64,000 bases of DNA from Clostridiales bacterium GWF2_38_85 (GTDB taxonomy: Bacteria > Bacillota > Clostridia > Oscillospirales > CAG-382), in the NCBI GenBank assembly GCA_001797275.1, contig MGOY01000006.1, positions 4,744-68,743 of the forward strand, written 5' to 3'. Both the position numbers and the translations under genes were made by a program. Numbering within the stretch: position 1 is the first letter of the stretch; every line of letters begins with the position of its first letter. The notes beneath the pieces are model-generated. The model saw only the letters and a program-made list of their open reading frames with translations, did not search any database and was not told the DNA's origin. Positions 8,392-18,047 of this stretch are shown here, in pieces.

Positions 8392-10314
8392 TTACTTAAT
8401 TGTTATTTCAAATGTCATTTCAAAGGTTCTATACCAAGGAAGGCGGAATTTATCGAGGGATATTGTTCCGATTGCTTGTTGTTTATATCCATTCAGGTCG
8501 GATATTAAGTGCCCATTATTAAGATTATGCAATATTGATACCGTATTCAGATTATAATCCGTGCTCATCATCCAGCTTGTGATGTTTTTATTTACCGCAG
8601 CTTCGTTCGCAAGATAATAGCTCAGTGAACCCATATCGGCATATCTGCCGCGGCCGATGATGTAGGACATATCTTTAACATACGCAAAGGTCATTGATTT
8701 CAGGAAGCCTTCATGTGATTCGGAGGTTATTTCATCGCTGTACTTCAGATAGGTATAACGGGCGAAGCCCTGCCCGAGAGCTATACCGATTGCATTGCCG
8801 ACAGTATTCCAGCTGCTGTAACCCAAAAGCATTCCCATATCAACCGAAGATATCAATTTAGGCTGCAGGTTACCGAGCTGACCGGATGCGTCGATAACGA
8901 CCGTAGGCAGCTTTTCAGCGATATTTTCGTTCAACCTTGCTACAAGATTATCAACATAGGTTCCGATATATGCGGAATTGCTCGGCTTTGTCAGTACCAG
9001 CACTTCGATATCCGGTGTTACCGAGGTTATTATATCTGCGTTCAGACTTGTCAGATGCGCAGTTACATTGCCCTTAAGCGTACCGTTGTCAAAAGCATCG
9101 GCAGCTGTGTTCTCAAGAGCACCGAAATATTTAACAGCTACCTTGATTGCTTTATTGCATTTTTCTACGCTCAGCTTTGCAACTCCCATCATACCAAGCT
9201 CATCTGTACCGGCAAAGATTGTTCCAGTCGAACCGAGCTTCTGTTTGATGTAGTTGATTTCGTTTGTCTGGATTGTGTTTTCAGGGCTGGAATCATCTAT
9301 CCCGATAAAATAATATGTATTCAGTTGCTTCCCCAGAGTTAAAAGGTAATCAATCAATTTTAGTTTTCTTGCTCTTGCTTTCAGATAATTATCAATAACA
9401 GTATTCGAAAGCGAACTATTAATCGGTTTCCCATCGGTTCCATTTTTATATCCGCTGATAATATTTTCAACAGTAAGCTCCGAACCGCTGAGCAGCTTTC
9501 TTGCAACTTTGCCATACGATCTTAATGCGTTGTACTCAGTAATTGTATATCCGTTAAAATCTACAGTAGATGCAAGACGCATTACAGTATCAAAAAAATA
9601 AACTTTATTGTTTTTGCTTAGTTTTATCAGATAGTCTATAATACCGTACTCAAACATCATATCCTCGTTGTTCATTGATCGCGAGGTTACAAGACCGCCT
9701 GAAAGCATCTGGTCGAGTGATATAACAAAATAATCGCATTCATCATCGACCGATTTCAGCCAGTTCAACAGAGCCTGTCTGTCGCCGTATTTAGTGCCGT
9801 TCAAATTGGTTTTTCTGTTGTCAAGCTGAGTTGCAAATAAATCCTCTTCAGGTATAATCAACTCAAGACCGCCGGATTTTGCCTGATAAATTACTCTGTC
9901 GACATTGACCGGCCTGTTGTCAAGCGGTATATACGCAACCTTGTTGTTGGGTGCTTCGACAATATCGGGCTGTGAGGTTTCGTCGGGGGTGGATGTCTCC
10001 GGAACAGAAGTATCCGAAGGTTTTGATGTTTCGTTCGGTTTTGATGTGTCTGAAGGTTTCGAAGTGTCAGATTGTGATTCTGTTTCACTTTCAACCTGTG
10101 ATACGTCCGGCACATCGGACTCATCTATATTACTTTCTGCATCAGATGCTGCATTGCTTTCAGCAACCGATTCCATAATGTTTTCCATTATCGATTCAAC
10201 GCTTTCATTCATGGAATCATTACCGGCAGATGATATATTACCGCTCCCGCCAGAACAGCTTGATAATAACAGTGTTATTGTTATAATCATAATTAGTACC
10301 TTTTTAAGTTTCAT
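8392..10314 (-). CDS. DUF4127-like lipoprotein with an S/T/P/D/E-rich repeat linker
   Basis: Probable start MKLKKVLIMIITITLLLSSCSGG (lipobox); linker with SDTSKP-type repeats; body begins KVAYIPLDNRPVN..., resembling DUF4127-family proteins as far as I can recall. Confidence 0.5.
   Translation of the reverse strand: MKLKKVLIMIITITLLLSSCSGGSGNISSAGNDSMNESVESIMENIMESVAESNAASDAESNIDESDVPDVSQVESETESQSDTSKPSDTSKPNETSKPSDTSVPETSTPDETSQPDIVEAPNNKVAYIPLDNRPVNVDRVIYQAKSGGLELIIPEEDLFATQLDNRKTNLNGTKYGDRQALLNWLKSVDDECDYFVISLDQMLSGGLVTSRSMNNEDMMFEYGIIDYLIKLSKNNKVYFFDTVMRLASTVDFNGYTITEYNALRSYGKVARKLLSGSELTVENIISGYKNGTDGKPINSSLSNTVIDNYLKARARKLKLIDYLLTLGKQLNTYYFIGIDDSSPENTIQTNEINYIKQKLGSTGTIFAGTDELGMMGVAKLSVEKCNKAIKVAVKYFGALENTAADAFDNGTLKGNVTAHLTSLNADIITSVTPDIEVLVLTKPSNSAYIGTYVDNLVARLNENIAEKLPTVVIDASGQLGNLQPKLISSVDMGMLLGYSSWNTVGNAIGIALGQGFARYTYLKYSDEITSESHEGFLKSMTFAYVKDMSYIIGRGRYADMGSLSYYLANEAAVNKNITSWMMSTDYNLNTVSILHNLNNGHLISDLNGYKQQAIGTISLDKFRLPWYRTFEMTFEITIK
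9990..10100. repeat. 18-bp-period tandem coding repeat (SDTSKP x n) inside the lipoprotein gene
   Basis: gaaggttttgatgtttcgttcggttttgatgtgtctgaaggtttcgaagtg... repeats directly; translation on the minus strand gives SDTSKPSDTSKPNETSKPSDTSVPETSTPDETSQP. Confidence 0.6.
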
Positions 10315-10435
10315 TAATATATGCCCTTCAACAACTTGATTTTTATTCATTGTAACATATTCATGTATCCATTGCAATAATATTTTTCATCATTTTACCC
10401 AATGTGTTGACAGCATATGGATAGGGTGTTATAAT

Positions 10436-13123
10436 ATGTATACATTTTATCGAGGAGGTGTTTTTTTGAGAAGGTTGAAGAATAAATTGTTCTTGGTATC
10501 TGTATTAAGTTTTTTTGCTTTTACACTTTTTTTCGATAATTCACCTATTTACGTGCCAACAATGAAATATATCAAACCTGAAAGTTTAACTATAACAGTA
10601 CAAGATTCTGACTCAGAATATATTATTTTTGATTCAAAATCAACTCTTGAATCCGCATGTTTTAAATTTGATACAACCCAAACATACATACTCGAAAATA
10701 ATACCCGTTCTGATGCAGAATTAAATATATATATTTATACGAATACGTTAAGTATAAATTATGAAGACAAATATTACGAATACATAAAAGTTAATTCGGA
10801 TAGTATTTGTTTTAATATAAGCTCCGACTCATCAATGCAATTTGAAATTTCACCTGATTCCACTGACTTATCATACTCAGGATATTCGGTAGTTTATACA
10901 AATCGAAGTTATTATTTCATAAACGATATGCAGCAACTGAATATAGCGGTTAATAATAGTTCGACCACCGCTGTTGTTCTGCATTCAGATATAGATATTA
11001 ACAGTGATTTTATTATAAGTCATCCATTGAAGCTTGTGTTGAATAATCATAAACTTAATATAGCCGGGAATCTAATATTTCAGACAACCGAAACAGGTAT
11101 ACTTGAAATTGATAACAGCAGCGGTGAAATCACTGTCGGCGGTTTTTTCAGCGAATCGTCTGACTGTTGTATAAAAGTCGCCAAAGACTTTTTCACATTT
11201 CAAGAAAACCATAGTTATTATCTGAATGCTAAGAAATATAACGAAATAGAAATTGAACACGAATACAAGGTTGTAAGAACAACGATTGAACTGCTGCGTC
11301 TTGTTGATGAATCATATTATCCCAAGCTACACAGTGGCGACATAATAATTATTGATGACGATATTATTATTGATGGACTTATAAACTTCACCTTTCCTGT
11401 TTCACTTGAATTAAAAGGTAAAATATCAGGTGAAGGTCAATTTCTCTTTGAATTTGATGAGGTCGGCACAATCAATATAAACGAAACAAAAGCTGATTTG
11501 ATTTCTGCCAATTATATCAGCATCGATGCTCCCAGTTGCGAGCTTATATGGTCGGGCAGCAGTATGCCTGACATCAAGAATGTATCGCTGCTTATGAATG
11601 TTATGAGTTATAACGGTACAAAGATATCAGAATTCGGGCTGGGTGGCAACGGAAAAGGTAAAATTCAATATCTGTTGATGAGAAAGGATGAAAATGAAGG
11701 TCTGGAGTCAAATATTGAGTGGAATATTGATGGCAATCTATTGTATGTTAAAGCCCCGTTTCTAATAAGTGATTCTATTTTAGAAAATGCAAGGCTTGAT
11801 ATAATGCTGTCAGAGGGATATGCAAAGTTCAATTCCGACGCGATCAATGAAGATGGGACAATTGACTTGCTTGCAGATTGCTTTTGTACTGTAACAGACT
11901 TACACGGCAAAACTCGCATATATTCGGTTATTACCGAACGGTCAAAATATAATATTCCTGTTGTATCTGTTTATACCGATGGCGGAAAGGATATAACTTC
12001 AATTGATGAATACATTTCAGCAACAATTCAAATCGAATGCGAAAATAAAGTTATCTTTCCTGAGTTGGAAGAAACGATTGTCAACATTAAAGGCAGAGGG
12101 CATTCGACCTGGAAATGGGACAAGAAGCCTTACAAGCTGAAGTTTAATAAAAAGGTCTCTGTTCTCGGGCTGACCGAAGCAAAGGACTGGGTTTTGCTTG
12201 CAAATTACAGCGATAAATCTCTTATTCGAAATCATCTTGCGATGGATATGAGCAGAGTTCTGAACAATTTACCCTTTACATTGCATCAATATCCGGTCGA
12301 TCTATTTCTCAACGGTGAGTACATGGGCGTTTATACACTTGGGGAGCAGATAGAAGTCAAGACAGGTAGGGTTGAAATCGACGAAAACTATACTGATCCG
12401 AACACCGGATACCTGCTTGAAATAGGCGGGACAGAGAGCGGTATTGATATCAAGGATATTGACTACTTCCATACCGAAACATTGAAATTCATCAGAATTA
12501 AAAGCCCTGACACAAAAACAATGTCAAAAGTACACTTTGAATTTATATACAATTATTTTAAAAAAGCAGACACTGCTGTCAGGAACCTGACAAACTACGA
12601 GGATTACATCGATATAGATTCGGTTATTGACTGGTTTATAATGTATGAAATTTCATATAATATCGACGGCTGCTTTCGCAGAAGCTGTTATCTGACAAAA
12701 GAAAAAGACGGTAAGCTGATGATGGGTCCCATATGGGATTTTGATCCAGCATTCGGCAATTATTCTCAGGACAAAGGCAGATATGATATCTGGGCATCGG
12801 TCGGATGGAAGGACGGATATGTCGGCGTTACATGGATGAACTATCTTATACAAGATAACAGATTCCGAACCAAGCTGAAAGCTCGCTGGGACGAGGTCAA
12901 AGAAGAGCTTCTGTCAACTGCTATGGAAACCATCGATGAAGCTGAACAAACACTGAAGCAATCACAGGCAGCGAACTTTACAGTCTGGAAGATACTTGAT
13001 ATAAAAGCTGGTTATGAACCGTTATTTATGACAAACTACAATACTTTCGAGCTGCAGCTTCAATACTTGCGGGATTTTATCAACAACAGATATAAATGGA
13101 TGGATGAGAATATAAAAGGATGA
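10436..13123 (+). CDS. CotH kinase-family protein with a roughly 500-aa N-terminal extension
   Basis: C-terminal half carries CotH-family hallmarks (YKLKFNKKVSVLGL, ...YLTKEKDGKLMMGPIWDFDPAFGNY); the N-terminus has a TM/signal-like segment. Confidence 0.65.
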   Translation: MYTFYRGGVFLRRLKNKLFLVSVLSFFAFTLFFDNSPIYVPTMKYIKPESLTITVQDSDSEYIIFDSKSTLESACFKFDTTQTYILENNTRSDAELNIYIYTNTLSINYEDKYYEYIKVNSDSICFNISSDSSMQFEISPDSTDLSYSGYSVVYTNRSYYFINDMQQLNIAVNNSSTTAVVLHSDIDINSDFIISHPLKLVLNNHKLNIAGNLIFQTTETGILEIDNSSGEITVGGFFSESSDCCIKVAKDFFTFQENHSYYLNAKKYNEIEIEHEYKVVRTTIELLRLVDESYYPKLHSGDIIIIDDDIIIDGLINFTFPVSLELKGKISGEGQFLFEFDEVGTININETKADLISANYISIDAPSCELIWSGSSMPDIKNVSLLMNVMSYNGTKISEFGLGGNGKGKIQYLLMRKDENEGLESNIEWNIDGNLLYVKAPFLISDSILENARLDIMLSEGYAKFNSDAINEDGTIDLLADCFCTVTDLHGKTRIYSVITERSKYNIPVVSVYTDGGKDITSIDEYISATIQIECENKVIFPELEETIVNIKGRGHSTWKWDKKPYKLKFNKKVSVLGLTEAKDWVLLANYSDKSLIRNHLAMDMSRVLNNLPFTLHQYPVDLFLNGEYMGVYTLGEQIEVKTGRVEIDENYTDPNTGYLLEIGGTESGIDIKDIDYFHTETLKFIRIKSPDTKTMSKVHFEFIYNYFKKADTAVRNLTNYEDYIDIDSVIDWFIMYEISYNIDGCFRRSCYLTKEKDGKLMMGPIWDFDPAFGNYSQDKGRYDIWASVGWKDGYVGVTWMNYLIQDNRFRTKLKARWDEVKEELLSTAMETIDEAEQTLKQSQAANFTVWKILDIKAGYEPLFMTNYNTFELQLQYLRDFINNRYKWMDENIKG

Positions 13124-13143
13124 GGAGCAACCCTCATCCTTTG
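13112..13143 (+). terminator. rho-independent terminator
   Basis: GGATGAGGagcaaCCCTCATCC followed by tttgtttt. Confidence 0.6.
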
Positions 13144-13169
13144 TTTTAATAATATCGTTTTAAATCAAA

Positions 13170-13961
13170 TTAGTATAAATCAACTCTTTCGAGATCGGTT
13201 TTCAGCTGTAACAGCTCATTGATTATCTTCTGTCTCAGTTCATCGTTGCATCTGTAAGCCGGCATATAAACACCTGCTGAGCAAACAATTCTGGTGCCGT
13301 CGCTCGTAAGTATAACCGAAACACCGAAGGTCTCAAGCTCATCGTTATGCTGTAATGCTGTATAATACAACTCTTTTTGTTTTTTCGCAAGCATTGCCTT
13401 AAGCTCTTCAATATTGCATATTCCCTGAGGGTAACCGTATGCTTCGATTATCTTCTGAAGCTCCTCGTCATCGGCATATACTGCAAGCGAAATGCCTGTT
13501 ACAACCGAATATATACTACTGTTGTTCTTTTCGGCAACAGCTTTAACGGGTTTATCAGCTTCAAGCGAAAAAATCCCGTATCTCTTGCCATTTGACAGAA
13601 CAGCAAAAGTCACATTTTCATCGATCGCTTTTCTTAGAACCTTCAACCTTGGCAGCAACACATCATAAAGAAGCTTTTGAGATATCAGCTTGTTTACCAT
13701 ACTAATTTTTGCACATTTTAATCCTGCAGCATATTTCCCTTCAGAATTCTGAACAACATACCCGCATTTTATCATTGACTTAAGTATATTATGCAAGGTA
13801 TTCGGTTTTATTCCGACCTGCTTTGATAGCTCAACAAGACCTATTCCCTTGCGCTCAAGGTCTTCAAAAATAAAGATATCCAATAGCCCGAATGCTTTAA
13901 TTATGGATTTAACCGGATTATCCTTAGCTGTGTTTTCCTTTGTATTTGTATTTGTATTCAT
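13170..13961 (-). CDS. IclR-family transcriptional regulator
   Basis: N-terminal wHTH (VKSIIKAFGLLDIFIFEDLERKGIGLVELSKQVGIKPNTLHNILKSM) plus a C-terminal effector-binding domain. Confidence 0.75.
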   Translation of the reverse strand: MNTNTNTKENTAKDNPVKSIIKAFGLLDIFIFEDLERKGIGLVELSKQVGIKPNTLHNILKSMIKCGYVVQNSEGKYAAGLKCAKISMVNKLISQKLLYDVLLPRLKVLRKAIDENVTFAVLSNGKRYGIFSLEADKPVKAVAEKNNSSIYSVVTGISLAVYADDEELQKIIEAYGYPQGICNIEELKAMLAKKQKELYYTALQHNDELETFGVSVILTSDGTRIVCSAGVYMPAYRCNDELRQKIINELLQLKTDLERVDLY

Positions 13962-15069
13962 TTTCTCTTACTCCCGGATATTTATTATCAAGATACCTGT
14001 CTCTGAACTGGTTTACGCCTTCTTCGACTTCTTCCGGTTCGTTTGTCATCATCCACGAGGGTTTACGATAGAATTTATTATGGAATAGATTCTCGATTCG
14101 CTTCGATTTCTCAAGGCTGTCCATGCAGGCTCTTATACAGCCTCTTGCACCGCAGACAGCAAAATAACCGACCTGCTTCATAATATATCCGTAATATTCG
14201 ATTATATTATCGGTAACAGCATCGTCATATGTCATCCATTTTGCCGTTGCCATAGGATAGCAAAGTCTATAGGCTTCCTCCTCGGTCATTACCGAGTTGT
14301 CAACATCAAACTTCATATTCGGAAATGCTTTTTTATGGAAGGGTGAAATTTTATTATTAAAGCCGTGATGTGTAAGAGTGCATCTGCCCATCTGAACATC
14401 GCCCCAGTATATATCCTTACCACCGACAGTGACGTGCAGCTTCTTATCCTGATCTTTGAATGCTGGGATTGCGTTACCCGGACATTCCTTTGCACATCTG
14501 CCACAGCCGTTACAAATGGTGCCTGTCGAATATATTTCATCCGGTTCAAGCTCTGCATCAGTTAAAATCAGACCCAGACGAACTCTCGGGCCATATTTAC
14601 GGCTGAGAAATACCTTTGAATGGCCTATTTCACCGACACCTGAACCTGCTGCCATTACACGGATATTTATTACAATGTCAGGCGACAGTTTTCCTTCGGC
14701 AACCGGCTCCTTGATACCGTTTCTTTCAGGAACTGCCGGGAAACAAGGGCATGCTTCCCAACCGTGGTCTTCTATAAAGGTTGAAAGCTGATATGTAAGT
14801 CTTGGACGAAAAATTGTATTCAATTTGTTATATGAGTAATATGTATAGTTATGCCAGTGTGTGCCTTCTTCGATACCGCGGTAGCTTCCGCGCGGAATAC
14901 GCATTACAATTACAATTACGGATTTCGCTTCGGGAAAGTAACTTTTCGGTGCCATCAATATCGGAGCGCCGTCAAATGCATCAATAGATGCTATACCGAC
15001 ATCATCGATACCAAGCTCCTTCGCCCGAGCTTTTATCATTTGTGATGTTATTTTTGTTATTGCAGACAT
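13924..15069 (-). CDS. 4Fe-4S protein with an epoxyqueuosine-reductase(QueG)/reductive-dehalogenase-like N-domain (paralogue 1)
   Basis: N-terminus KARAKELGIDDVGIASIDAFDG...EAKSVIVIVMRIP resembles the QueG N-domain; CNGCGRCAKECPGNAIP is a ferredoxin-type motif, followed by a second Cys cluster. Confidence 0.55.
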   Translation of the reverse strand: MSAITKITSQMIKARAKELGIDDVGIASIDAFDGAPILMAPKSYFPEAKSVIVIVMRIPRGSYRGIEEGTHWHNYTYYSYNKLNTIFRPRLTYQLSTFIEDHGWEACPCFPAVPERNGIKEPVAEGKLSPDIVINIRVMAAGSGVGEIGHSKVFLSRKYGPRVRLGLILTDAELEPDEIYSTGTICNGCGRCAKECPGNAIPAFKDQDKKLHVTVGGKDIYWGDVQMGRCTLTHHGFNNKISPFHKKAFPNMKFDVDNSVMTEEEAYRLCYPMATAKWMTYDDAVTDNIIEYYGYIMKQVGYFAVCGARGCIRACMDSLEKSKRIENLFHNKFYRKPSWMMTNEPEEVEEGVNQFRDRYLDNKYPGVRENEYKYKYKGKHS

Positions 15070-15073
15070 AATT

Positions 15074-15943
15074 CTACTCCTTTACCTGTACTGGTTTGGA
15101 GAGAATATCAAAACCCCATGCTTCACGTTTTCTGAAATTATTTGCAAATTTGTTACCGACAAGACCTTCTTCCTCAAGGTGGATCATACAGGTTCTATTA
15201 CAAATTGCAGGAATCATATCAGGCTTTGCTTTCGCAATATGTCTGTTCTGTCTGCAGCCGTTCTTACAGCTTCTGCAAAGGTTATAATCAATCTTTGCTA
15301 CACGCATTGTCTTGCTGCATATTGTTACATCCTCAAATTCTGTCTTTGAAATAGCACCGAGCGGGCAGATATCTGCGCACTTGCCGCATCTGTCACAAAT
15401 ATTACCTTCAAGTATCGGATCCGGCTCAAGCTTTGCATCGGTAATTACCATCTGGAACAACTGGCGTGAACCATACTCTTTTGTAAACTTGAGTCCGGAA
15501 TACGATATTTCACCAAGTCCGCAAGCAACAAAGGCATAATCGAAGTCAGGTGCTACATTTGGAGCAATCTTATCTTTTGAAACCGGAACACCCATTCCGT
15601 AGCTTTCCGGCGGGTTGTTGTATACAGGCACAGCTTCCCAGCCTTCGTCCTCAAGCTGGCGTGTCATGTCGTAACAGGCGATAGCGAGAAACTCATCGTC
15701 AAGCCATGCCGAGCCAAAGAATCCATAATCACCGAAGTTGCTTCCCTCCTCAACGCCTCTTAGAGAACCGCGACAGATTCTTTTACCAACCAGGATTACT
15801 GTTTCGCCTTCCGGAAAAATCGAAAAAGGATTATAACGCGGATCAAGTCCTTCAAATCTGTCCTTTGATGCAAATCCGATAAGGTCAATATCACTTTTTT
15901 TCGCAAAATTAATCAGCTTATTTTTAAGCTCAGTATTGTACAT
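15074..15943 (-). CDS. 4Fe-4S protein, QueG-N-domain-like (paralogue 2)
   Basis: Paralogous to the previous ORF (RICRGSLRGVEEGSNF versus RIPRGSYRGIEEGTHW); CDRCGKCADICPLGAI ferredoxin motif plus a second Cys cluster. Confidence 0.55.
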   Translation of the reverse strand: MYNTELKNKLINFAKKSDIDLIGFASKDRFEGLDPRYNPFSIFPEGETVILVGKRICRGSLRGVEEGSNFGDYGFFGSAWLDDEFLAIACYDMTRQLEDEGWEAVPVYNNPPESYGMGVPVSKDKIAPNVAPDFDYAFVACGLGEISYSGLKFTKEYGSRQLFQMVITDAKLEPDPILEGNICDRCGKCADICPLGAISKTEFEDVTICSKTMRVAKIDYNLCRSCKNGCRQNRHIAKAKPDMIPAICNRTCMIHLEEEGLVGNKFANNFRKREAWGFDILSKPVQVKE

Positions 15944-16106
15944 TTTAATTTACTCCGTTCTTTTATTTCATTATTAATGAATTGTGTTTCACTATTGTTG
16001 ATTACATATGCATTTTATCAATATATATTTACTTTGTCAAGAGTTTTTTAAAAAATAGAAAAAATGCTCATGAAAATCATGAGCATTAATAAATTATATT
16101 AACAAA

Positions 16107-16544
16107 TTATCTCTTTACCTCTTTACCGAACATATAAATTACCTGAGCAATAAAGCATAACACCATATACCATACCGAAACGCAGCCGGTTATAGCGAAT
16201 ATAACCTTTGCCCACATCGGAATCAGGGTTGCGATTATCGAAAGTGATACCAAGACAACAACAATTGCGGAAATAAAAACACACTGAGAAAATCGGGTTG
16301 CACACAGCTTCATTGTTTCAATTCTTGTTTCCTCAATACATTTCCTTTTTGCAGCAACAATAATAAATGTGTTTGTTACTAAAATAACTATCAGCGAAAG
16401 ACAGGATGCAAACATAACCATCAATCTTGTATAAGGCGCATAACCGTTATACCATACCGCAGCACTCAAAAAACCGAGCAGCAAGGCGAAGACAAAAAGC
16501 ACAGCACAGATTATCGAATCTCTTTTATTCGTCGAATTCAACAT
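16107..16544 (-). CDS. small integral membrane protein, unknown function
   Basis: 145 aa with four hydrophobic helices. Confidence 0.4.
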   Translation of the reverse strand: MLNSTNKRDSIICAVLFVFALLLGFLSAAVWYNGYAPYTRLMVMFASCLSLIVILVTNTFIIVAAKRKCIEETRIETMKLCATRFSQCVFISAIVVVLVSLSIIATLIPMWAKVIFAITGCVSVWYMVLCFIAQVIYMFGKEVKR

Positions 16545-16710
16545 ATTAATTCCTCCCTCAATAAAAATACTTTTTATTCAGTATATGATAGATATAGCCA
16601 TTTTGATTAATAAAAAGATAATATATAATTCTTTTATCCTAAACTATTGATTATGAACTTGTAACATGATAAAATTGATTGTAAATCGATGTAATTAGGG
16701 ATGGACTAAT

Positions 16711-17169
16711 ATGAATTGCATAATGTGTGATGAATTTAAAAAAGCAGAAAACAACCCCTTTCTTGTTTATAAGCTTGAAACAGGAATAGTAGAAATGGCA
16801 TGGTATCAGAGATTTAAAGGTACAGCATTATTTATCTGCAGTAAACACGTAACAGAGCTGTATCAATTGCCTCATGATTTTATGATGAAATATCTTGAGG
16901 AAATGGCTTTGATATCTGAAGCAGTCAGTAAAGCTTTTAATTCAGATAAAATGAATTATGAGTTACTGAGTAATGGAGTACCTCATCTGCATTGGCACCT
17001 GATACCAAGACACGACGGTGATTCACCGCAAAAAGGCCCGATATGGTGGGTGCCGAGAGAAGAAATGTATTCTGACGCAGTAAAACCAACTGAAGCTGAG
17101 TTAAATGAAATGGTTAATAAACTCAGACATGAACTTACCATTATCGTTAATAAACCGGAGAGTATCTAA
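16711..17169 (+). CDS. HIT (histidine triad) family hydrolase
   Basis: HLHWHLIPRH histidine-triad motif. Confidence 0.7.
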   Translation: MNCIMCDEFKKAENNPFLVYKLETGIVEMAWYQRFKGTALFICSKHVTELYQLPHDFMMKYLEEMALISEAVSKAFNSDKMNYELLSNGVPHLHWHLIPRHDGDSPQKGPIWWVPREEMYSDAVKPTEAELNEMVNKLRHELTIIVNKPESI

Positions 17170-18047
17170 TGAAATCTTTTTCAGAATTTCATCCGGTTGT
17201 TCTTTTTACATATTTCATATCTCTGCTTGTGATTGCTATGTTTACCTCTCATCCGGTAATTCAGCTTATTGCATTTGTTGGGTTTATTCTGTTTGCATCA
17301 ATAAACGAAGGTAATGCAAATATAAAAGAACTGATAATATCATTACTGATTATTTTAATTATTACTCTTATTAATCCACTCTTTTCGAAAAGTGGAGAAA
17401 CGGTTTTGATATTTATAAACAATAAACCTATTACACTCGAATCGCTTATGAATGGTTTATCAACCGGAACAATGATTATATCAGTAATATACTTGATGAA
17501 AAGTTACTCAAAGGTTATGACCAGCGACAAATTTCTGTTCCTGTTCGGAAGCGTTATACCAAAGCTTGCAATTGTGATTTCGATTACCCTGCGGTTCATT
17601 CCGTTGTTTTCCGAGCAGATAAAACGAGTGTCAGCAGCACAGAAAACTATGGGTTTATACAGTGGAAACAAGCTCTCTGACAAGCTCAGAAACGGAATTA
17701 GGGTATTTTCATCTGTTATAACCTGGTCGCTCGAAAACGCTGTTCTAACAGCCGAATCAATGCAGGCAAGGGGATATGGATTGAAACAAAGATCGAATTA
17801 CTCATTATTCAGATTTAATGCTTCAGATGCAATACTTCTGACAATGATCCTCACATTCTCAGGAATTGTACTTTCGGGATTTCCTACACAAGTTACAACA
17901 TATTCGTTTTATCCGTTTATGACTGATATAAGCATACAGCCTTATGCGTTTACAATATATTCATTCTTCGCAATCCTCGTCTTTTTACCCTCAATAATCG
18001 AAATCAGGGAGAATATCCGGTGGAAATACTTCAAATCAAAAATCTAA
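17169..18047 (+). CDS. ECF transporter transmembrane (T) component
   Basis: Polytopic membrane protein directly upstream of, and overlapping, a duplicated ECF/CbiO-type ATPase. Confidence 0.6.
   Translation: MKSFSEFHPVVLFTYFISLLVIAMFTSHPVIQLIAFVGFILFASINEGNANIKELIISLLIILIITLINPLFSKSGETVLIFINNKPITLESLMNGLSTGTMIISVIYLMKSYSKVMTSDKFLFLFGSVIPKLAIVISITLRFIPLFSEQIKRVSAAQKTMGLYSGNKLSDKLRNGIRVFSSVITWSLENAVLTAESMQARGYGLKQRSNYSLFRFNASDAILLTMILTFSGIVLSGFPTQVTTYSFYPFMTDISIQPYAFTIYSFFAILVFLPSIIEIRENIRWKYFKSKI

Noticed and set aside
16545-16710. Possible TPP or other riboswitch upstream of the HIT-ECF transporter operon
   Set aside because: No CTGAGA/ACCTGATCTGGATAATGCCAGCG-like elements or other recognisable riboswitch cores. 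The region is an ordinary AT-rich promoter.
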